A DNA stretch of 64,000 nucleotides from Phoronis australis (GCA_002633005.1 NMRA01000133.1:552627-616626); one strand, 5' to 3'. Shown: positions 14,169-27,640, counted from the first letter of the stretch. Numbers and translations are program-made. The notes: generated by a model not told the origin, from the letters alone.

Positions 14169-17100
14169 CCAGTAGCAAAAGAATGGTAAAAGTGAGGCAA
14201 CACCCACACTTTAACCAGTTCACATGTTATGTCAACAATAAAGATCCTGGCAGCACTCCACAGCCAAACCACAAGATATCACCACGCTTTACAAGCAAAG
14301 CACAAGATCACACTAGATTTTCTCACAAGTGCTTGCAACTGTAGAACTCTGCCCCTGTTGGCTCCTTCGTTCGTCATATAGGAATTTATGAAGTGGACCA
14401 GTACCTGGTTTTTTGAAATGGATCACTTCTGGGAAACTATAACCAATACATTCTTGTTTCAGAATACAACAAATCCTGATAATTTATTTCAGGCATCAAG
14501 TGTCACCTTCACCTTTGCCATACAAGTCATGTGGGACTGAACATCACTTTTAAAAATCTTCTCAACTCTTACTAAGAAGGATTATCATTTCAAACAAATT
14601 CAAACCATTGTCGGTGAGAGATTCCATGGGTTCTGTCTTGACAGATACCACGTCCATACTGCTGTTGAGTGACGGTGGACCATCTGAGTTCGCAGTGTCT
14701 GTCGACGACTGGCTGTTAGCGTCACGCTCCACAAACCTGATGACAAAAATCAGCGCAATACAGCAATGCACAAGTGGGTTTAAAACTAGTGAACATTACA
14801 ACAAAACAATAACAAAGTGAAATTTTCATGTTTTGGCCAATTTTAGAGTTTATTCATCAAATGCTACACCTCAAGAAATCTCTAACAGCTTTGTTTAAGC
14901 ATCTTTTCGATCAACAAGAAACACGCATGATATGCGTTAATACCAATATACGCTAATACGAATACGCCAAGAACAATACGCTAATACCAATACGCTAATA
15001 CCAATACGCTAATACCAATACAGTAATACCAATACGCTAATACCAATACGCTAATACCAATACATTACTACCAATATATTAACAGCAGTCAACGCAGGTG
15101 AAAATGTTTGAGTGTAAATATGAATAGCGGCATATTTGCACTCACACTTCAGAATATGGGCTCGCCGAATGTACGAGTGATACATGTGTGAAAGGATTTA
15201 CTCGTTTATGTCCTGCCCTGCATTAATGCTGAGAGGTTCAGTTCAGTTTAAGCACTTAACTGGTGCTTTCATATGGTTTCATTTGGCTTCAACTTAAAAT
15301 ACAAAAGCTGGAGTTAGAACTTGCGTATTAAGACTGGATAATACAAAGCTAGTGCATTTATTTCTGTTTATCCCTTTCATGCCAGCAACACACTACTTAC
15401 CCAGGTGGTTTGGGCGAGTTCGTGGCTGACCTCGGTGCTGACTCGGGACGCGGACTGCCAGTTTCACTACCGGTTGGAGTCGGAATCGTTCGACGCACCA
15501 CATTAGATCTACAACAAAACACCAGATATACAACACAACGATACACGGCTTACAACTCAAGAGGTAAGTTAACAAGATCTACAAAAACTGCTTCCAATTA
15601 GTCGAGATGGATTTTTTGCACACACTTGTCATCATTATGCTGCATACCCATACATGAACACTAAAGATGACAAGTCTAGCAGCCAGTAAAGGCATTGTAA
15701 CCATGGCAACAGAAAATGACTTACTGAGTATGACCACATATTAAGAAGGCATTCATAAACAATTTTACACACCGGTCTTATTTAGTCGTCAGAGACATAC
15801 AGACATTGAAAGCTTAGAGAAATCAGTCAGTTGTATGTACAATGTGTATGGTATAAAAGCAGTGTACTACTAACCCGTCTGCAGTACGCTTCCTCAGAAT
15901 GCTTGGACGCGGTGAAGCATTGGGTGCCACAGCAACAGTGCCTCCACCGGGTGACACGGCGCTGACTACATAGTTGGATGAGGCCCCAACACACAGGGCG
16001 TTGTCAGTGCTCGACACTGCAGGTGTAACTAGCGAAAACAGGATACCGTCATTACAACCAATACAGATTTAAGAGTAATGCCACTTTGTGAATATTCCAG
16101 AAAAACATACCATGGAACTTGTTGTGTTTCCATACAAACACAGGCAAAACATACCATGGAACTTGTTGTGTTTCCATACAAACACAAGCAATACACACCA
16201 TGAAACTTGTTGTGTTTCCATACAAACACAAGCAATACATACCGTGAAACTTGTTGTGTTTCCATACAAACACAGGCAAAACATACTAACTGTTTAACAA
16301 AGTCAGGTGTAAATAAATGTTTTGACTAACAGTCATTTTGTAAAACTTAAAGCATTGTTTTTCCTTAGCCGCATTACAATAAATTCCACTGGAAGTGAAT
16401 ATTAAATTCACAAAAGTCTTTTGAAGACAAATTACCATTAATGAGAGTAAAACAGCCAAACCATCCAAAACCTAAATATACAGAAATGAGAACTTTGGGT
16501 GTTTTACCAAATCATTATCAATAGTTCAAAATGAGCTTTTAGACAGATGAATGAAGGCTGTTGAATCATAAATCTGGTCAAGGGAAACTGAATAATATTC
16601 ACTTTGATTTAAAAAAGCAAACGCTACATTGCGTCATATTCACTCGATTGTGCTTACTAACACTTAGTCTGCTGCATAACTTGTGTCTGCATTGTCAACT
16701 GGTAGCTGTAGACCGTAGACTAAGATACCCACCCTGGCAGCTGTATACCGTAGACTAAGATACCCACCCTCACTGTAATTGATGTCATAATGACCAGTTT
16801 TGTGATTCAATGTGTCAAAAAAGATTAAAAGATATAGTCAAAAGTAAAGGACAAATTGTTGCTTTCTATTCTCAAGTCCAGGAGTGTAACTTTGCCGTAT
16901 TCTTAAATCAATTTCTTGATTTTACTATAAACAGTTTTCAGGCATCAAAACATTACTTAAAGATGTAATTGCATGCTCCTAACTATGCCAATGTATAGCA
17001 GGAACTAAACGACAATGTTATTTGGACATCATCTATGCTAACCAAAGTACAGTTGTATTGACAACTTGCAAATTGCAAATGTGAAAACAAAAAATTCTAC

Positions 17101-20100
17101 AAATAGGTAACCATTGCATTAATGACGTACCTCGTGGGCTCACATAGCCTCCATCATGCAGTGTTATTCCCCAGCACTACGTCACAATGCTTACTCGACA
17201 CAGTTCAGCGATTTGCAGCGGATCATTTTCGCCACAAAACTCGTTCTTAACCCTTATCCTGCGCTAGGTGAGGTCAGCCGACATTCCAATTATATTACAA
17301 TGCCTTGGGTGTACTTGATCGACTTTGATAAGCTGCAGCTGGGCTGCGCTAGAAGAGTACACTCACCCCAGGACACTTGTGATTTTCATTCAGAAGTTGT
17401 AAGAGCCCACGGATGTTGTTTAGATATGTGAGCATGCACATTCCATAGTTCACAGTTTCCTCTACATTTCTCTGCTTTAAACCACATGACTGTGATTACT
17501 AGTTTGGGACATACTGGCAGGTTTATGTAAGTGTAGACACATAATACCATTAAATGGCTGGAGAGGATGACAGTAGATCAGTTTACTTTCACTAAGGCTA
17601 TGATGAAGATTTACATATGATGAGAATCTCCATAAATTCTGGACAACTTCTATGTTGGCTTCTTTTCTGTGAAATTAACATTTCCCCTTCAAATTTCCAA
17701 TTTAAAATTGTTAGGTCATTACTCTGGGTGACCTCCACAACAGCTTAGTGCACAGCAGTAGTGGTGACCTACTTAGCTCAGCACACAGGGAAAGTAGTCT
17801 GAAGAGAGGCTCAGCAGGATAAGGGTTAACCACAATTGGCAACTTTCAACCTACTGCATATTCATATCGTGGCTAAATGTTGTGTTTCTAATTGACCAAG
17901 CAATCGCAGAGATAATGAATTAGCGTGCAAGTTCCACCGACTTAAAATTACAGTAGTCTTTTATAGCAAAAGGCTGGTTCATAATCATAGATGAAGAATA
18001 AGAGTGCAAGTTACACTTCAAGTGCTATCATTTGTCAAGGCATCCATGAAAAAACCTGAGGATCTACTAACCTTCAGCGAGGGTAGTTATGACTTGTGTT
18101 AGGGCCTGACGCGCGGGGTCAAAAGTCATGACGGGTCTAGAGAGGCGCATATCAGAGCCACCTGGTGGGAACGTGTGTGGCAGACCTTGAAGGTGAGCAG
18201 TAAGGTTCACAGCCTGGGCTGTTTGAGAATGAATACATTGATTAGACAGAGCTGGCATAATTCATGTTAATGCATGATCTTCAAACTGGCACATGCTTTT
18301 AAATATGTAGTAGATTGAAAAACATGGAATACATCAATTAAATGAAAAACAACGGATTAACAAACCACTATATGTCTCATTAATTGTGGCATCTGAACAT
18401 TTGTCTATCATAGTAACCAAAGAACATATAATCCCTACCACGGTAACGTAGTTCAGTGTTAAGCAAGCAAACAAGTGAGGACATGGAATGACGTTACTTA
18501 ATACAAAAATCACTTATTGCCACCAATGAGACGTGATAATAATACTTACGCGGTACTTGAGGGTTCACAATGGATGCATCAAATGCTGGGAAGTAATGCG
18601 GACCGGGCCTCCCTGGCAGTTGGAAGTCAAGGGGGCGCTCATGACGAGAGCTGGGATCAGTCGCCGTAGTCATTGTACCGTCTGTTGTTGACAGAAACTC
18701 CGTCTGGCCACTACGCTGAATGGTCTTAGCAACTAAAAATACGAGGCTACATTTAAAGGGATTGGTGAATCATATCATGCCACTAGGAGGCGCTGCACAA
18801 GTCAGACAGGTAGATGCTGGATGCCCAGATACAACAGTGGAGGCCACAGAAGCACTTTCAAATTGAAAAATTTGTATGTTTAGGGCACTTATAGGCAGAC
18901 CTTAAATACAAAGATGGGAAAATAAAGATGACTTCCAAAATGAGTACCAAGTTATCATGGTTTCATGAGATTATTTATGAACAAAACCAATCCTGAAAAA
19001 TTAGTGACCTTCATCCAGGTCAATAAGTTGATTTTCGGACTCCAAAATGCGATAACGACCGTCGTGGAAATGAGGTTGTTATCACATTTTTGGGGTCTGA
19101 AAAACAATCTATAGACTCAGTGTGAAAGCCAGTAATTGTTTTATCATATGACCCGCAATCAAGTAATTCATGAAAGGTGGCTATGTTTGGACCTTTGTTC
19201 CTATTTCGATCACTCATTCGGTCAGCGATTATGAAAAAACTTCCGAGACATGCTCGGAGTGGACAATGGAACAATCAAGTATATTTCGGGAAAGATATTG
19301 TGCTTTGGGACCATACAATGGTCGTTTCAATGCAAAACAACTGACAAACGCCATTCCATTGCTAGCTACGTGTCAGCACGTTCAGAGTGAACGCCATGCC
19401 TTGACGCAGGTTTGCATTCACCTCGTGGTTTATATTCTACGGTTAATTAAAAAAGAATGTGACATCAGAATTGGGATGAATGACTTTAGTGATGTGCTGG
19501 TGGCGCAGTGGTAAAGTTGGTGATGCGCTAGTGGCGCAGTGGTAAAGTTGGTGATGCGCTGGTGGCGCAGTGGTAAAGTTGAAGCTTGTGAAATGAGAAC
19601 TGCCACAATCGAATCGTAAATAAACAATTACAACTTTCAAAAAAACTTCTTAAACAAAATTTGAAATGGCTTTACCAAAGCAGTGGTCAACACTGTGATT
19701 TATTGACCTCTGTGGTACTGAATTGTAAAATGTGCCCAAACCATATAACAGCATCTTACAAACCATATACTAGTCACATAGTGTGGCCATCAATCATTTC
19801 AAGATGGAAAATTTTTGTGCCGGCTGGTTCAACAAGCTGAGAATAACAAGAGACTCACAAGAGTGGAGAGGAAGGCTCCACTTGCTTTTAAAGACTAGAA
19901 TGTTTTCATGCAAGTTCAGCACTACTTTAGCCTGTCACTTTTTTAACTGCAACAGCCAGCCTTCACAGCTTACCAACAGGAGGCTGCACCTTTGGGGTCA
20001 CCATGGTAACTGCAGATCCAAATGATTGCGGTATGGCACTAGAAACAACCGCAGGTTTGGTGATAGAACTGATAAAAGGGTGTGGCTTGACTGTTGATGT

Positions 20101-23100
20101 CTTAGGCGCCGTAGACAGCAGAGCAGCGTTACTTATAAATGGAGGCTGTCCTCTGGGCGTGACAGTCTCCTTGGGTTGTATTGTTATCTGAACTGTTTGC
20201 GCAACAGAGGCAGTTGGCCTGAAATAGAACACAGCTGTCAATCAACCACTTGTCGAAACAACTTCAAATTGGGCAGACATATGTTTGCAGACGAGGGATA
20301 GTGATTGCATCATTTCCTGAAGTTTGAGATTTACACTTCATTTCGCTCTTTGTGTTAAAATGCAATTCTGGACTCAAAAAGTATGATCAGATTGAACATA
20401 TACTATAAATTTAAATCAAGTTACCAAATAAATGCCCAAACTTTTGACAAATTATGTTTTTTTACAAAACTACAAGACCTACAAACTTTGTGCTGTTGAC
20501 CCTACCGACCACTGTTCACAGTTGCATTAAATAAATACACTTTTACGCTCAACGTTGTGTAGGGATTAGGAGACACAATTCTCTCAAGAATGTGATATAC
20601 TCATTAGACACACTGTTGTGATACACTCATTAGACACACTGTTGTATCAAGGTACCTGATGTCTGACGGTGGAGTCAGTGGCTTACAAATGTTGAGGCTA
20701 TGCTGTGCTGGTCTGAGGACAGTGTGCTTTGAGAGAACACCAGGAGGCGCAGCTGCAACAAAAGGATAGTGACAATAAAAGAATAACAACAACAAAGGAG
20801 TAGCGAAAAGAAAGGGATAGCGAGTATTACTACTACATATCAAATCTTAAAATGGTTTACATTAAGAGTTATGTATTAGAAAAGTAAAGACTACATGGCA
20901 GATAATTCACAGACATAGATTCTATAACAGGAATTTCCGAAAATGGGCTCATGGGCAGATATTCTGAAAATGACTTTTCAAAAACGTCAAATGATACACG
21001 TCTGGGCAAATTCTTGGAAAACGAGGAGTATTTGTGAAAACTGTATCATTGCTGTCTTTCATATTGTGCTAACATAGCTACTTACAAACAAAGTCACCCA
21101 ACATCTCATTAAATGACAATCATTTGAATGAAATCACGATCCAAAAATATAACATTATGGGTATATTCTTAAACACTTTGTTCTTTTGCTAAAGTGAGTT
21201 CTACTTATTTTTCATCGACAGATGTGGCGCTTAAGACCAAATTTCTGTCTTTATGAAATAGTCCCCACACATGCTGCTGAAACTAAATACAAGACTTACC
21301 CTTCACAACCTGAGATGCAAACGGCTGATTTCTGACTTGCAAACCTGCAGGCTGGGCTCGTATGATAGACGCCATCGTCTGAGACGTTGAGCTGGCAGAT
21401 ACATGCTGTGTGAGTGTCGACTGGGTGGCGTGCATGCTAGGCAGGGAGGTCAGACTGATGGGCCCAGGCTGGGACAGGCTGGTTTGAACTGTGTGAACTG
21501 TGGGTACAGTCTGAGTAGACAAGTTGATGGGGCCCGCCTGGGCTGCTTGAAGAATGGGCTCTCGCTGCAGAATGGGTGTGACTTGAGGAGCACTGGCCAA
21601 TGAATGCTGTACAAGAGGCAGTGACGACTGGTTGACAGGTGGCTGAAAGGGTTTTATGGACACTGAGTCTAGTACTTCGGGCACTTTATTTGGCGCACAT
21701 TTTTTAAACTGATAGCAAGATTGCTCTGATCATTAGCTGAACACAGCAGTCCATGCGAGTACTCAACACATTCACACTTCTTCATACACTGAAGACCAAT
21801 AACAAACACACGAGAGGTACTCAGTACAATGCTAGTCTACCGATGAAAACAGGATTTGAAATCGTGCCTGACAAGTGAGATTCTGTAGTCCAAACCTGTA
21901 TCGAACAGAAAAATGTCGCAGTGACGATGAGCTGAAAGAAGTTTCTTGTAGACAATAACTACGGATTATGGTAAAAATTCTCCAGTTTGGAACGATTAAA
22001 AATTAATTACTTTTCTCAAATTCAGAATTTGTACCAAACTTTAGAAATGGGCAATATTGGCTGTTCCAAAATTCAAGAAGTACGACCAATGGCAAATGAC
22101 CATCATTCTCAATCTTATACTCTATGAAGATAGATGTAATGATTGCATTGGCAGATATTTTTGATGATTTCATGAACTGCAAGGTCTATTTTCTAATTCT
22201 GTTGACACAAAAATACAGTGACCGATCTTTGACAAATAAGACAAATGCCAAAACCGGATGTGTCCCAATCATAAGAATCAAAGAAAATTCAATTTCACCT
22301 TGAATTTCCATGTCCCAAATTTCATAGAGCATCCCAAACTGGAGAGAGTTTACTGTACCACTTATGTGACAATAGTGTTTCCCCTGCGTGTAAAAATCTG
22401 GGCGGCCCGCCACACTCCTTTTTGACTCCGCCGCTCGTTATCTTGCCCAAATTGACTGCAACACACCTAAAACCTGATGAGAAACTTCACCGCTATGCAA
22501 AAATTGCAAGTAAAAATGAATACACAATACACAGGTTACATGGCTACTGTCGATGTTTGTAAATCAACTAATTAGTTTAGTGCTTGACACTGTTTAGTGT
22601 ACAATGATTTATTGCCTTGATAATAATTTAGCGATTGCAGCAAAATGTTGAACATGGAAATCTACGTGCAAAGATTTTTAAATTTCTCATCATCCCTTTT
22701 TGCTGGCAAAAAAGCTTGAAGAACTCACTTTTAAACCAGATGGTGCACTCTGATCTCATAGTTCTTAATCTATGACAATGTATCGATTACGAAAGCATGG
22801 ACACAAATTTTCAGCTACCCATTCATTCATGATGATGGTGGTATCCCACCAAGATACACACAGTGCTGTTCTCAACCATTCGTTGACAACTGTTCACACT
22901 ATAGATTGCTCTGGTGTTCAGATCTCAGACAAGGATAATGCCACCCCCAGGCTCCTCATAAAGGAGGCTACGCATATACGGTTGAACCATGCTGAGCACA
23001 ATCTAAATAGAAACATTGGTTCATTTGAGCTCCAAATGCTTTGATTTATGGTCTCTCTCCTTCACAATGCATTTTGACGTGTGCCTGTGCAGTCTGTTCT

Positions 23101-25542
23101 TCACGTGAGTATGTGAACTGTTTCCTTGAAAATGGTTTAAGTAATACACCAAAACGTTGGATAAATATGTCGTTATTTACTTACGCGCTAATTTTAAAGT
23201 TGGTGTATCCCACAAATGATGTAAAGTTAGCCGCAGAGATGATAAACACCATACAAACCTGTAGAGAGTGGCCTGTAGAGATGATTAACACAATACAAAC
23301 CTGTAGAGAGTGGCCTGTAGAGGTCTCTATGGACTGCCCAACATACTGGGGAATGCGCTGAACCTTTGTAAAGCTGGCTGGCACAGGCTTACCAAGGTAT
23401 GGAAAGTCTTTTGCTGGAAAGGCATAGATTGAGAATGGGAAAACCACGCGAGATGATTGTAGACAACTGACCATTTCTTTAATCGGATGTAATGTATAGA
23501 GAAGCAATCTTCTGCAGACTTGTTTTAAAACAAAATTCACACCACTGAACCTAACCATTAGTTTTACAATACAAAACTGGCAGAACATAACATTAACAGC
23601 AGATGATAATAATCTAGTTACATGAACACACGGAGTGCAGAAATAGAACTTATGCCAGAGAAGCAATGTGGACTTTTACAACATTCCTCGATATTATGGT
23701 GCTACTCTGCTACTGCACAATGGGAATTCGCCTGGGGTTTGTAAAACTTAAGTCTAACTTTCCACATGTAAGGCTATAGACCTAATTCATGCCGACAAGA
23801 GGGGCGTTCCAAAACGAGGCTCGCTACGATAGTTCTGTTAGCTTGTCGGCATAGTTGTATTCCGCGTTGCTCGAACGGCTAGAACACGGCCATTCAACTG
23901 CCTGTTCTACAATCCCTAAGGACGTTGAGATTCGGAAGCGTAGGGTCGTTGCCAGACGCCGCAACGAAGGAAAATATGTCCATGTAAAATTTATGTTTTC
24001 GAAAAGTTAGATCATATTTTGTCGCATCTTGGTTGCCGAGCATCATAGCAACAACTGGAGAATCTTCGGCCAGCCAGGTTGTGTTTTCATGACTATGGGT
24101 TGAAACATTATGCATTTTTCTTTCCAAAAAGGACAGGGCCCTCAATTCCTCGATTTTGGGGCTGAAAATCATCTCTCTTCCTCTCTCAAAAATATTCAAA
24201 AATCACGCAAAATTCCCCCCACCGGAGGCCTAAAAATTCTCCTAGTGATTGAAAATTTCTCTTCGTAGTTCAAATCACTTAACCACACAGGTGACAATTT
24301 GAACGAGCACAAAATGCTACTTGAGACAGGGCCTATGAGAACTTTATTTAACAACATCAATTATTCTTTCAGATCAATGGCAAATCAACTACTAGTCCCG
24401 GAAGTCTCTACCTCACCTGGCTATGCTTGATAAACAAATTAAACCAGATGTGACTAATTGCACATCACAGCAAAATATGATGAGCCACCACTTCCAAATA
24501 TGTCTTCAACTCATCAACAATACGAGCAGATGACCTGGTTCGTGTAGAAAGCATTGTCAACAATTTACAAGAAGAAACGTAACCCTGCATTCACCATAAT
24601 ACCTAATCCGTAACACTACAATCGCCGCAATTTGGTCATATTTACTTTATGTGATTCGAACCTAGTTTTCCGAAAAAAAATTCCCTTTCGTTAGACAACT
24701 CTTTGGTGCATTGACTTGTTCTCTAATGTATTTTTCTACATCTCTGTGGTTAATTATCGACACATTTTTACGATTTAATATCCAGGTTGGACTCGAAAGA
24801 CCGGCCATTTAACTCACGCAATGTCAACTTCCACTTTGTTTATCGCAGTGAGCTTCGCTTTGGATTTTAATATCTGTCGCGTGAGTTAGGTCTACAGACC
24901 TTCCACGAAGTTATGCAAAGAGACGGTGATTTTGTACTACTCCCCAGCTCAGTTGGGAAACCTGCAAGAGGTCTATTAAGACACAGCTCCATAATTGTCA
25001 AGCAAACCAGCGCTGAACCAAACCAACATCAATTACCAGTGACACTGAAATTTTGTTTCAAAACTTAGTTTCGATACTGAGAGTGACAATCACCTGTTTT
25101 AGGCAGAAGGTTTGTAGTAGCAGGAGCGATAGAAAGGTTCCGACGTTCTCCTACAGATGACTCTGATGTCAGTTTGACTTGTGCCTGCAATTAAACAAAC
25201 AACAGATTTCACAAACACAGGGTGCATTCAATCATCCATGTGACCTCAGTGTGATTACTTAAAGTAGGTGTGCCTTAACTACTTACAAAATATATCAGCG
25301 AGTGCACCAAAAACTTTGTTATGGTCATAAGTAATTCAAGTGTCTTGTCGAAAACAGAAAAAATGGACAGAGTTTGGGATTTCTGTTTTGATACAACAAT
25401 TAAAAATTTCAATACCTACCGAAATCGACAAAGGTGCCAGAGACTTAGTGACGTCAGTTTGGAACGGCCTGGGCGGGTCACCAGCTTGCTGTGAAGATGG
25501 TGGCACATTACCCACTGCCCCACCTGTTGGCAAATTACTCAT
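7555..25542 (-). CDS. SAP130: Histone deacetylase complex subunit SAP130 (Sin3A-associated protein 130), spliced, about 780 aa
   Basis: Coding exons read with AG/GT sites: 25542-25420 (ATG, MSNLPTGG), 25184-25094, ~21683(or 21708)-21300, 20752-20656, 20218-19974, 18732-18550, 18218-18072, 16028-15875, 15508-15401, 14736-14606, 14073-13995, 13391-13279, 12795-12661, 10391-10288, 9647-9537, 7704-7555 (TAA). Phases are consistent except at the acceptor of the third exon. Recognisable SAP130 motifs: SIIRAQP..HTVLRP, ASPRPSILRKRTADG, SPRKKPRKQLL and the C-terminal domain HWKARNNHFLRYSDVKPKEERRPTVNELSNQKGIQQKISGWKLYHLATQL...RIHELMQANKQRLKLVIDQVDEARNSLLKILDHKARI. Confidence 0.92.
8221..8656. repeat. 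30-bp minisatellite (gatgtggtgcaagacacatgagactataat), about 14-15 units, in the last SAP130 intron
   Basis: Direct reading; explains the repetitive ORFs 8244..8528, 8332..8940 and 8365..8559. Confidence 0.95.
8657..9174. mobile_element. Non-autonomous hAT-like element, TIR CAGGGCTTGGAAT, 6-bp TSD ATGAGA
   Basis: Perfect 13-bp TIRs; ATGAGA at 8651-8656 and 9175-9180; sub-terminal ccgcggaaa repeats. Confidence 0.85.
9537..9647 (-). CDS. SAP130: SAP130 exon (KIVEKESLHEM...RIHELMQ)
   Basis: cag acceptor, GTGAGA donor, 111 nt, phase 0-0. Confidence 0.9.
10288..10391 (-). CDS. SAP130: SAP130 exon (ERRPTVNELSNQKGIQQKISGWKLYHLATQLDEV)
   Basis: tacag acceptor, GTAGGT donor, 104 nt, phase 1-0; not in the ORF track. 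Confidence 0.9.
10570..12190. mobile_element. Longer member of the same hAT-like family, 6-bp TSD AAGGAG
   Basis: Left end CAGGGCTTGGAATGACCCATGACAAAAAA matches the 8657 element; right end ttccgcagaaaatttgaagccttg; AAGGAG at 10564-10569 and 12191-12196. Confidence 0.8.
12661..12795 (-). CDS. SAP130: SAP130 exon (YVDEEGIHW...HFLRYSDVKPK)
   Basis: cagcag acceptor, GTAAGA donor, 135 nt, phase 1-1; start of the SAP130 C-terminal domain. Confidence 0.9.
14097..14169. repeat. (CAA)n microsatellite, about 24 units
   Basis: Direct reading; source of the poly-C and poly-T ORFs. Confidence 0.97.
14934..15075. repeat. Short-period minisatellite (cgctaataccaata)
   Basis: Direct reading, about 10 imperfect units. 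Confidence 0.9.
16102..16286. repeat. 44-bp tandem repeat x4
   Basis: aacataccatggaacttgttgtgtttccatacaaacacaggcaa repeated four times with variants. Confidence 0.92.
16960..17250 (+). repeat. Unclassified interspersed repeat (second copy 38941-39228; continuation ~17860-17940 vs ~39255-39335)
   Basis: Colinear similarity starting aagatgta(a)ttgcatgctcctaactatgc; the 39 kb copy lacks about 600 bp present in the 17 kb copy. Confidence 0.75.
19490..19581. repeat. 31-bp tandem repeat x~3 (ctggtggcgcagtggtaaagttggtgatgcg)
   Basis: Direct reading. Confidence 0.9.
21300..21683 (-). CDS. SAP130: SAP130 large Pro/Gln/Ser/Thr-rich exon (5' boundary uncertain)
   Basis: ORF 21283..21684; GTAAGT donor at 21299-21294; the acceptor could give an exon start at 21708, 21683 or 21668. 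Confidence 0.75.
22855..23175 (+). mobile_element. 3' fragment of a Penelope-like retroelement (GIY-YIG endonuclease C-terminus)
   Basis: SAVLNHSLTTVHTIDCSGVQISDKD..RLLIKEATHIR...LNRNIGSFEL fits the SAxxxH..HxIDW...IKEAIxI...LNRDxG pattern. Confidence 0.7.
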
Positions 25543-27373
25543 ACTTCGTCCAACGATTGTCGTAGCTTTCTGACCCCTTTTGCAGTCAACCTGAACAAAA
25601 TAAAGGCTCAAAAATACAAGTTACACTTAAACATAACAGCTATGAAAATGCTAGGGTGGGGATGTCAATTATAATTGATTGCGCATTAACCACATTTGCA
25701 GTTCAAAGTTAGCAGGGATCAACAGGAGAGTATCACTGGCTCTGGTCATGCATGAGCTGGTGACACAATTGAGGTCACGTAGCGGCTGTGGATACCATTG
25801 GCATGGCGATGATGATCCTGTGGAATAACCCAATTGATATAAACAGTATGAGTGGAAACAGTTACTTTTGAATAACACATTATTCGTAAATACACTGACT
25901 AAACTGCAATTATCTCCCTTTCAGTTTAGTCATAAATATACATATATATATATATATATGCACATTATGGGTCACCTGACCAAAAAGGCTGTAATCTTAA
26001 CCATGAGAAAACATGGCTGAGAACGGATGATATTTAGCATGTGGCCAAATAAATTATCCTGGTAACAGGATTGAATATAATTTGAAACAAAGAATATCTA
26101 AAAAGGACAAAATTTATTGACTGAACTTTGAAGGCTTTCTGGTTTTCAGCATATATGCATATTTACATTCAAAAGTTATCGCCATCTCTTGATAATAACT
26201 ATCAATTGGCTAGTTAGACAGTACCACCACTATATCCCCCGTCGAAATCATGGTAAAACATCCTATTGCCCACATGCAAAAGTGAACAAAGGACTATTCG
26301 AAAAACAGTTTGATTGCAGGAGTATTTGCTCAAGCTAGGAAGAGTTAACGACATCAACGGCCTCCACAGGTGTCCCTCTATGTGCAAAAGGTACTTACAG
26401 CAACATGACATTTTTGGTGAGGTAAAGTTTTCCAAAAATCTTTTGGCATATCAGGACTTATGGGATGATCCCCGTCTGTACTGGGGCCACTTCAGGTGGT
26501 GGTATTGTCTATTGGCTAGTTACTTATGAGGATTTTCAATGCTGCCCTGGAGGGCAACCTTTGTGGACCAACAAGAAACTGCGTAGATACAAAGCAGATG
26601 GATAGCCTAATAGCTGTGATTTATTCTAATGCACCCTGCCCAAATCAGGAAATCACATTATCATTGTTGACCAACTAAGTCACAGTTAGACAGAGTGCTT
26701 CTCAACCTGTCAGCCAGGGTCAGTGTCAGTAAATTGGGTTCTGTTTCCGCAGGTGTCTATATCCAAACATTTTGTTGCCTTTTGGCTTTTAGACACTCCC
26801 AAGAAGACTACATATTTGTGTCTAATGACTAGGGAGTTGTGGACAGAATTTCTTACTTTTAGCCCGATTTCGTTTAACAGGTTAATCCATTTACAAGTAC
26901 AAACTGGTTTACACCCAAAATCAAAAGACAATAGGCTCTTGCAGAAACAGTCCCCAGTGAAATGTCTAACCAGTATTCAGGCCTTGTAGCAACCAGACAC
27001 AGTGCATACTCAACGTCTCCGACTCAACACTCAAGAGCTCAACGTGCTCACCACTAGTCAACTCAAACAGCTCAACTCAACTTACAACACAGGTCAAATC
27101 AGAACTTCTGTTCGCAGTCAGTGCTAGCTTTCGGAGGATTACAGTGAGACGCACAGATTGCACACAGCTACCAAAATACGACAACAATCCATTTCATTTA
27201 TCACTATCCAAACATGTGATTTTTCATAAAAACGTAAAATATTTCACGAAAAGCGATATCACAACAGACACATCCGCCTAGCCGAGCACTTGTTGCAACA
27301 GCATCAAGGATTGGATAATTTTCCGCGTGCTGAAGTAGAGAGACATCTGGTGAAAATGTTCGACACTAAATAC

Positions 27374-27640
27374 CTGGGTGCCGTTCTGTAGCCTGGCTGA
27401 GGCAAGACAAAATGACTGCTTTTGAGAGTGCGACCAAGTGCTTCGCATGCATGCCGGTGTCTCGCGAAGGCACTTGGTCTACAGAACGCAACTCTAAATT
27501 GGCGCTTATCCGCCAGTGGCTGTCGCACCGGACTGATTGGTCGGTTTTGGCGCTTGACGTTTGGTCCTTTCGACATGCCGCGCGCACCCAGCCTAAAATA
27601 TGAGGGGGGACTCGGGTCGAGTTTTTGACGGAGAATGTCG
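27374..27640 (-). promoter_or_regulatory. Probable SAP130 non-coding first exon and promoter
   Basis: CpG-richer island ending at a CAG|GTATTT donor (27374/27373), upstream of the acceptor at 25593-25591 of the ATG exon. Confidence 0.45.

Noticed and set aside
13991-14344. Poly-Cys and poly-Thr ORFs
   Set aside because: Produced by the (CAA)n microsatellite; only 14073-13995 is exonic.
7705-25419. Intronic snoRNAs in SAP130
   Set aside because: No sense-strand C box and D box pair with a terminal stem at suitable spacing was found by eye; an Infernal search would be needed to exclude H/ACA RNAs.
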